This document shows, in pieces, positions 58,685 through 64,000 of a DNA stretch of 64,000 bases. The notes beneath the pieces were generated by a model. The model did not search any database. It had not been told where the DNA came from and worked only from the letters and a program-made list of their open reading frames with translations. Both the position numbers and the translations under genes were made by a program. The first letter of the stretch is position 1. Every line of letters begins with the position of its first letter. This stretch comes from Pseudomonadales bacterium (GTDB lineage: Bacteria > Pseudomonadota > Gammaproteobacteria > Pseudomonadales > JAHRWD01): positions 26 through 64,025 of the forward strand of contig JAESUM010000086.1 of the NCBI GenBank assembly GCA_016763075.1, in the 5' to 3' direction.

Positions 58685-60244
58685 ATGACCTCTATCGTAA
58701 ATCCACGGTTTAAAACCGCTGTTGTACTCGCGCTTGCCACCTCATTGTTTTCATTCACAGGCTTAACACAGGCCCAAGGCAATGCCATCAGTGCTGCAAA
58801 AGCACGCGTGATTGATCATTGGACACCGGAACGAATAAGCCATGCGACGCCTCGCGATTTGCTGATCGATAACCGCGGCCTGGGTTATTTACGCAAAGCA
58901 GACGGATCGCTACAAGCGTACGGCCACAATACCCGTCCACAAATCATTTCATCCACTCAAAAAAACCCAAATGCCAAACCTGATGGTAAAGGTGGCGGTA
59001 GTGGTGGCGGGGGGAAAGGCGGCAATGATGGTGGCGGCGGAAGCACCAGTAGCGACAGCACGGCTCCAACCATCACAAGTACGAATCCATCAGATGGCGC
59101 TACTATCGGCTCGGCTCATACCTTTTCTGCCGTTATTACTGATGCCAGCGGTATCAAATCCGTATCGTTTGTAGTGACGTACCCCAACGGTACAACCACC
59201 CAGTCATTCACCCCCGCGAACATTGGAAATGACACATGGTCTACGGATTTATCCGGCTTCTCCGATGGAAACTGGAGCTGGCATGTCGTCGCAAAAGACA
59301 AAGGCAGTAAAGGTGGCAACACCGCAACTTCCACCTCAACGAACTTTACAGTAAGTAGCAGCAGTGGTTCTGGTGGTACCGGCGATTACGTGGTTACCAA
59401 CGCTGGTTGGTCACAGGGCGATGCAGTTCAAAACGCCGCTGGGCGCATCTATTTTGAAATGCCCGACACCGCAAACCGCACGGGTTCTTGGGGTGGTTAT
59501 GTGTGCTCTGGAACCGTCACAACCGATGAAACCAGCGGTCGCTCCATTATCATTACCGCATCACATTGTGTTTACGATGATGCCAACAAAGCCTTTGCAC
59601 GAAATGTTTTGTTTATTCCCAATCAAGCTGGCACCACCGGCTCCGGTACCGATTTAAACTGCAGTAACGACCCCATCGGCTGCTGGGCCACCTCATTCGG
59701 CGTGGTAGATAACAACTGGGCAACCAAAACATTCCCCAACAATATTGCATGGGATTACGCCTATTATGTGGTGAACGACAGCGGTGCTCATTCTGGCGCA
59801 ACCGCATCATCCGATAGCCTGGATATTGCAGCGGGTTCATTGCCAGTCAACTTCACCTCGGCATACACATACGACGGCGACCCATCCGCAACCAGCATAG
59901 ATTTCACCCACAGCTTAGGGTACTCCTACAGCGAAGACCCAAACTTTATGTATTTCGCTGAAGATATGAAAACCGAAGGTTCGGTGAACTGGTGGCTGGC
60001 GAATTGCGGGCTATCGGGCGGGTCATCCGGCGGGCCATGGGTACAACCAATGGATGAAGCAACTGGCATTGGGCCAATTATCTCGGTTAACTCTTGGGGC
60101 TATACAACCGCGCCTGGAATGGCAGGGCCTAAGTTGGTAGGTACATCTGCTGAATGTATTTATGCTGAGGCAAAATCGATTAGCTTTACGTCGGTATCAA
60201 GTACCGATGGTGATGAAGGCGTGGTGATTGATTACTGCCCTTAA
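58685..60244 (+). CDS. Secreted trypsin-like (PA clan) serine protease with an Ig-like domain
   Basis: Signal peptide, HWTPERI propeptide, Gly-rich linker, Ig-like domain (DSTAPT...W.VVA.D..GN), CSG, TASHC, DYA and GGSSGGPW. Confidence 0.85.
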   Translation: MTSIVNPRFKTAVVLALATSLFSFTGLTQAQGNAISAAKARVIDHWTPERISHATPRDLLIDNRGLGYLRKADGSLQAYGHNTRPQIISSTQKNPNAKPDGKGGGSGGGGKGGNDGGGGSTSSDSTAPTITSTNPSDGATIGSAHTFSAVITDASGIKSVSFVVTYPNGTTTQSFTPANIGNDTWSTDLSGFSDGNWSWHVVAKDKGSKGGNTATSTSTNFTVSSSSGSGGTGDYVVTNAGWSQGDAVQNAAGRIYFEMPDTANRTGSWGGYVCSGTVTTDETSGRSIIITASHCVYDDANKAFARNVLFIPNQAGTTGSGTDLNCSNDPIGCWATSFGVVDNNWATKTFPNNIAWDYAYYVVNDSGAHSGATASSDSLDIAAGSLPVNFTSAYTYDGDPSATSIDFTHSLGYSYSEDPNFMYFAEDMKTEGSVNWWLANCGLSGGSSGGPWVQPMDEATGIGPIISVNSWGYTTAPGMAGPKLVGTSAECIYAEAKSISFTSVSSTDGDEGVVIDYCP

Positions 60245-60279
60245 TTCATCTGCCTTTTTATAACTAAGCTACAAAGCAA

Positions 60280-60321
60280 AACCCCTTAATGAATATAAAT
60301 AATTTTATTCGGCAAGGGGTT
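60280..60321. terminator. Hairpin between the convergent protease and pseudogene
   Basis: AACCCCTT...AAGGGGTT outer stem with GAATA/TATTC inner stem. Confidence 0.5.
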
Positions 60322-60340
60322 ACTAATTTCTTACCTAAAA

Positions 60341-60928
60341 TCAGGTCTGGGGTATCGGCGCACTAAACGCCCATTCCGCCAATGAATCGCAAAGTTCCTC
60401 ATATGTAGGTACAGGCTCGTCAACCCCGGCTAGATCAATCTACTCACATAGAATCATTAGCGAAAGAAAACCTACTATTTTCATCAAGGTTAAAATGTCA
60501 TCTTCGCTGATATTAGGCGTTATAACCTCATCTACACCTATATGCCTCACGGCATTTTGAATACCTCCGTGAGTATAGCGGTGCATATTTGATCGAAGTC
60601 CGCTCCACAACCAAGACAATACAGGCGCACGATCTGTCGAAGATTCTATTTCTAGACTCAAAACCCAAGGGCTCTTCCAGTCATCTGTTTCAATACACCT
60701 GGTTACTTGATCTTCACTAGCGCACCGGCACAGCCATATTGATCGAATAGTTGTTTCAAACAATGGCCGTAAAAGAGCATTGGTAGACGCGAGGTTTCCC
60801 TGTTCAAGTAATAATTGAATAACATCACAATGAGAAAGCGATACATACAACATCGGGCACGCCAAATCGCTTTGAACAGTACAGTTGTCGATTGTACAAG
60901 ACTCAACTAACTCCCAAACCCTATCCAA
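60341..60928 (-). pseudogene. Helical HEPN-like hypothetical protein with an in-frame TAG
   Basis: ALLRPLFE..IRSIW and MHRYTHGG; after the TAG at 60440-60442 the frame continues IDLAGVDEPVPTYEELCDSLAEWAFSAPIPQT*. Confidence 0.55.
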
Positions 60929-60990
60929 TTGTCCCCTAACCTTAAATATGCAGTCGATGCAAATTACCTGTAAGAGGGAACGAGAACAGC

Positions 60991-62055
60991 CTAGCTATTC
61001 AACGAAGCAGAAAAATCCAACATACGCTGCAATGGAATCATCGCTTGTCTGGCTAGTTCAGGGTCAACCAATACTTCATCGCCATCTGTTTCCAGTGCGT
61101 GCAGCAAGGTTTCAAGTGAGTTCACGCCCATCCAAGGGCAATGTGCGCAGCTGCGGCAAGTTGCGCCGCTACCGGCGGTGGGGGCCTCAATAAAAGTTTT
61201 TCCCGGGGCCATTTGGTGCAGTTTATGGAAAATTGCACGGTCGGTTGCGACGATAAATTCCGGGTTATCCATGCTTTGTGCGGCTTGAATAATTTGGGTG
61301 GTTGAGCCCACCATATCGGCAATTTTTAATATCTCTTTGGGTGATTCTGGGTGCGCTAGTAGTGCCGCATTGGGGTACACGTGCTTGAGCTCTTGCAAAC
61401 CTTTGAGCTTAAATTCTTCGTGCACGATACAAGCGCTGTTCCACAACAACATGTCTGCGCCGGTTTTCTCTTGTAAATAATTACCCAAGTGTTTATCCGG
61501 TGCCCAGAGGATTTTCTCACCGTTATCCATGAGGTGTTCGATCAGCTCGACCGCAATACTTGAAGTCACTACCCAGTCTGCACGGGCTTTAACCGCTGCG
61601 GATGTATTGGCATACACCACTACAGTGCGATCAGGGTGTTGGTCACAAAAAGCTGAAAAGGTATCAATAGGGCAACCCAAATCTAGCGAGCAAGTTGCCT
61701 CTAGGGTTGGCATGATCACGCGTTTTTCTGGAGATAAAATCTTTGCGGTTTCGCCCATAAAACGCACCCCCGCAACCACCAAGTTTTGTGCCGAGTCATC
61801 ACGGCCAAAACGTGCCATTTCTAACGAGTCAGAAACGCAGCCGCCGGTTTCATCTGCCAATTCTTGTATGAGGCTATCGGTGTAGTAGTGGGCAATGAGA
61901 CGGGTATTTTTCTGCTCTAACAGCTCTTTTATTCGGTCTTGTACACCGGCCAAGTCGTTGGGCTGTAGGGTACAGCTCTGCTTTGAAAATTCGAATAGAG
62001 TTTCCTCTACGACTTGGTTTTTCAGTAGCTGTTCGGTAATCATAGTGCTGGGCAT
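60991..62055 (-). CDS. nadA: Quinolinate synthase
   Basis: [18 protein letters not shown] and CPWM Fe-S cysteines. Confidence 0.96.
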   Translation of the reverse strand: MPSTMITEQLLKNQVVEETLFEFSKQSCTLQPNDLAGVQDRIKELLEQKNTRLIAHYYTDSLIQELADETGGCVSDSLEMARFGRDDSAQNLVVAGVRFMGETAKILSPEKRVIMPTLEATCSLDLGCPIDTFSAFCDQHPDRTVVVYANTSAAVKARADWVVTSSIAVELIEHLMDNGEKILWAPDKHLGNYLQEKTGADMLLWNSACIVHEEFKLKGLQELKHVYPNAALLAHPESPKEILKIADMVGSTTQIIQAAQSMDNPEFIVATDRAIFHKLHQMAPGKTFIEAPTAGSGATCRSCAHCPWMGVNSLETLLHALETDGDEVLVDPELARQAMIPLQRMLDFSASLNS

Positions 62056-62240
62056 AATTCGCGGTTTATTCAGTAAAAGGCCGCAGATTATAACATAAGC
62101 ACAACTGTGGGTTTTGAAGCCGGTGCTGCAGCTAGCTTAGTGGTTGGTTTAGTGGCGCGGAGCTTGCTGTTAGTCCTGCAACGCGAAGCGTTAATGAAGC
62201 CATTTACCACTCCCGCTCTTCCGGCTCTACTCCCGCTCTA

Positions 62241-62891
62241 CTATGACGGCGGGTCAACGCGCCCTGTATCCGAGGAGTTAATTCTGAACCAACCGGCAAT
62301 CGAATACCTGTCGTGATGCGCCACACGTACTTCGTGGGGAAATTGCTCGCTCAGAAAAACAACCAGTGTTCCAAAGTTTGGGATGACCACCGTGCCTGTC
62401 ATATCGCGTTCGTCGGCATATAACACCAGCTCACCGCCATCTTGGGGTTGCCAGCTTTCATTGAGGTACACCACTAACGACAACACCCGATTCGCTTGCC
62501 CTTTAAACGCATCGAGGTGACGTTTGTAGAAGTCACCCACGCGGTAATGTGCAAAATGGCTTTCAAAAGAAAACAGCCCTAAATATAGCTCGCGGTTGAG
62601 TTGGCGTTGCATGATGGCTGCCCATTGCAGCCACTCGCGGCCAACCTCAGACTCACCGTCAATCCAGCATATTTGGTCGCACCGTATGGCCTCATTGTGA
62701 TTATTTGTTAGGTCTCGGCCAATGCCTGCTGCGCCAAAACGTTGGTCGTCCATTACCTTTACATGTTGGCGCAGCCTGTGGGCCAAACCCGCAGGCACCG
62801 CTGCAGGTTGAATGCTAAAGCCTTTATTGCTGATATCTTCAGCAATATCTGAAAACAGCGCGCTTGATTCTTGGTGGGCGGAATCAAGCAT
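62241..62891 (-). CDS. 2OG-Fe(II) oxygenase, EGLN/PHD (SM-20)-like
   Basis: IRCDQICW, YKRHLD (HxD), YLN..W...GGEL, PHEV and RYSIAGW. Confidence 0.88.
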   Translation of the reverse strand: MLDSAHQESSALFSDIAEDISNKGFSIQPAAVPAGLAHRLRQHVKVMDDQRFGAAGIGRDLTNNHNEAIRCDQICWIDGESEVGREWLQWAAIMQRQLNRELYLGLFSFESHFAHYRVGDFYKRHLDAFKGQANRVLSLVVYLNESWQPQDGGELVLYADERDMTGTVVIPNFGTLVVFLSEQFPHEVRVAHHDRYSIAGWFRINSSDTGRVDPPS

Positions 62892-62921
62892 TCAAAGACC
62901 CAAATATTCTGGAACAATGGC

Positions 62922-64000
62922 TCATCGGTGCTTTGCCAGAATCTCAGCAATTTCGTCCAGCGAAGTGGGGTCATCGATGGTGCCGGGGGCTGTGTAAGGC
63001 TCGCCATTGGCAATGCTCTTCATGGTTTTACGCAACATTTTCCCTGAACGGGTTTTGGGTAACCGCTTAACCACCATCAACAATTTGAAGCACGCAATGG
63101 GGCCAATGTCGTTACGAACCTTGGCAACTATCTCAGCTTGTAGCTGCTCTGGCAGCAAATCTACGCCATCTTTTAACACAGCAAAGCCAATAGGCAGCTG
63201 GCCTTTTAGTGCATCGTTTTGAGAAATGACCGCGCATTCTGCCACGGCATCGTGCCCGGCAATCACCTCTTCAATTTCGCCGGTTGAAAGCCTATGGCCG
63301 GCAACGTTAATCACATCATCTGTGCGGCCCATAATAAACAGGTAGCCTTCTTCATCGAAATAACCGCCGTCACCTGTGAGGTAAAAACCGGGGAATTCCG
63401 ACATGTAAGATTCGATAAAACGCCCGTGGTCACCCCACAAAGTGGGTAAGCACGAAGGCGGAAGCGGCTTTTTGATGACTACCTCACCCTGCTTGCCCGC
63501 TGGCAACTGGACGCCGGCTTCATCGACAATCTGAACATTAAAACCTGGCGACGGCAGCGTGGCAGAACATGCTTTGGTTTCACGCGGGCCAAGGCCCATT
63601 GGGTTGCCAGCTATTGCCCAGCCGGTTTCGGTTTGCCACCAATGGTCAATCACCGGTACTTGACATAAATCTTTTAACCAATGGTAGGTCGGTGGGTCTA
63701 GGCGCTCCCCCGCTAGAAACAAATTATCCATGCATGACACGTCATAATGGTGTTTGAGCTTACCCTCAGGGTCTTCTTTTTTAATAGCTCTAAAGGCGGT
63801 TGGCGCAGCAAAACAGGCTTTCACTTTGTGCTGTTCAATGACGCGCCAAAAAGCGCCGGCGTCCGGGGTTCGAACCGGTTTTCCTTCGTACATTAATGTC
63901 GTGCAGCCTGCCAGCAATGGTGCGTAAACAATGTATGAATGGCCCACCACCCAGCCAATATCTGAGGCGGCCCAAAACACTTCACCGGGGTTAATATCGT
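62922..64000 (-). CDS. prpE: Propionyl-CoA synthetase, 3' part
   Basis: SDIGWVVGHSY, DHWWQTETGW, GRTDDVINVAGHRLSTG and PKTRSGK; the frame runs off the window end. Confidence 0.88.
   Translation of the reverse strand, partial: DINPGEVFWAASDIGWVVGHSYIVYAPLLAGCTTLMYEGKPVRTPDAGAFWRVIEQHKVKACFAAPTAFRAIKKEDPEGKLKHHYDVSCMDNLFLAGERLDPPTYHWLKDLCQVPVIDHWWQTETGWAIAGNPMGLGPRETKACSATLPSPGFNVQIVDEAGVQLPAGKQGEVVIKKPLPPSCLPTLWGDHGRFIESYMSEFPGFYLTGDGGYFDEEGYLFIMGRTDDVINVAGHRLSTGEIEEVIAGHDAVAECAVISQNDALKGQLPIGFAVLKDGVDLLPEQLQAEIVAKVRNDIGPIACFKLLMVVKRLPKTRSGKMLRKTMKSIANGEPYTAPGTIDDPTSLDEIAEILAKHR

Noticed and set aside
20401-60442. Three accessory genes each interrupted by an in-frame TAG (20401, 54759, 60440), suggesting amber recoding
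   Set aside because: Core genes here (oadG, aroQ, accC, gpsA) end normally at TAG, no suppressor or pyl tRNA is present, and each TAG is one substitution from an ordinary sense codon; independent nonsense mutations are simpler

Overview
Chromosomal window from a gammaproteobacterium, probably marine, with Pseudomonas/Oceanospirillales-like gene order and a Na+-pumping oxaloacetate decarboxylase. Core blocks: oadGA, prc, dsbD-aroQ-accBC, gpsA, srkA, a UbiF-like hydroxylase, arfB, rhodanese-grxC-secB, gpmI-envC-ctpA, dapA-bamC-MBL-purC, uppP, yoaA-tsaB, mobA, perM-tusA-bepA, nadA and prpE. There are three tRNAs (Asp-GTC, Val-TAC, Arg-ACG). Accessory genes are interleaved: a CYP153 with a Zn-ADH, a Baeyer-Villiger monooxygenase, a multicopper oxidase, a PEP-CTERM protein, SulP-USP, UDP-glucuronate decarboxylase, a secreted serine protease and at least four broken genes. 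The best candidate for an undescribed system is the co-oriented cluster at 22615-26628: YhhQ-family transporter, HAD-Nudix fusion, FolB, pteridine-reductase-like SDR and a beta-barrel, which reads as a pterin/7-deazapurine salvage module. Other highlights are a structured ~245-nt leader before sulP, an integration scar at the tRNA-Asp 3' end, and a PD-(D/E)xK-like gene coupled to yoaA. No CRISPR array, rRNA, intact transposase or intact integrase was seen. All family calls come from motif recognition by eye; no database searches were run.
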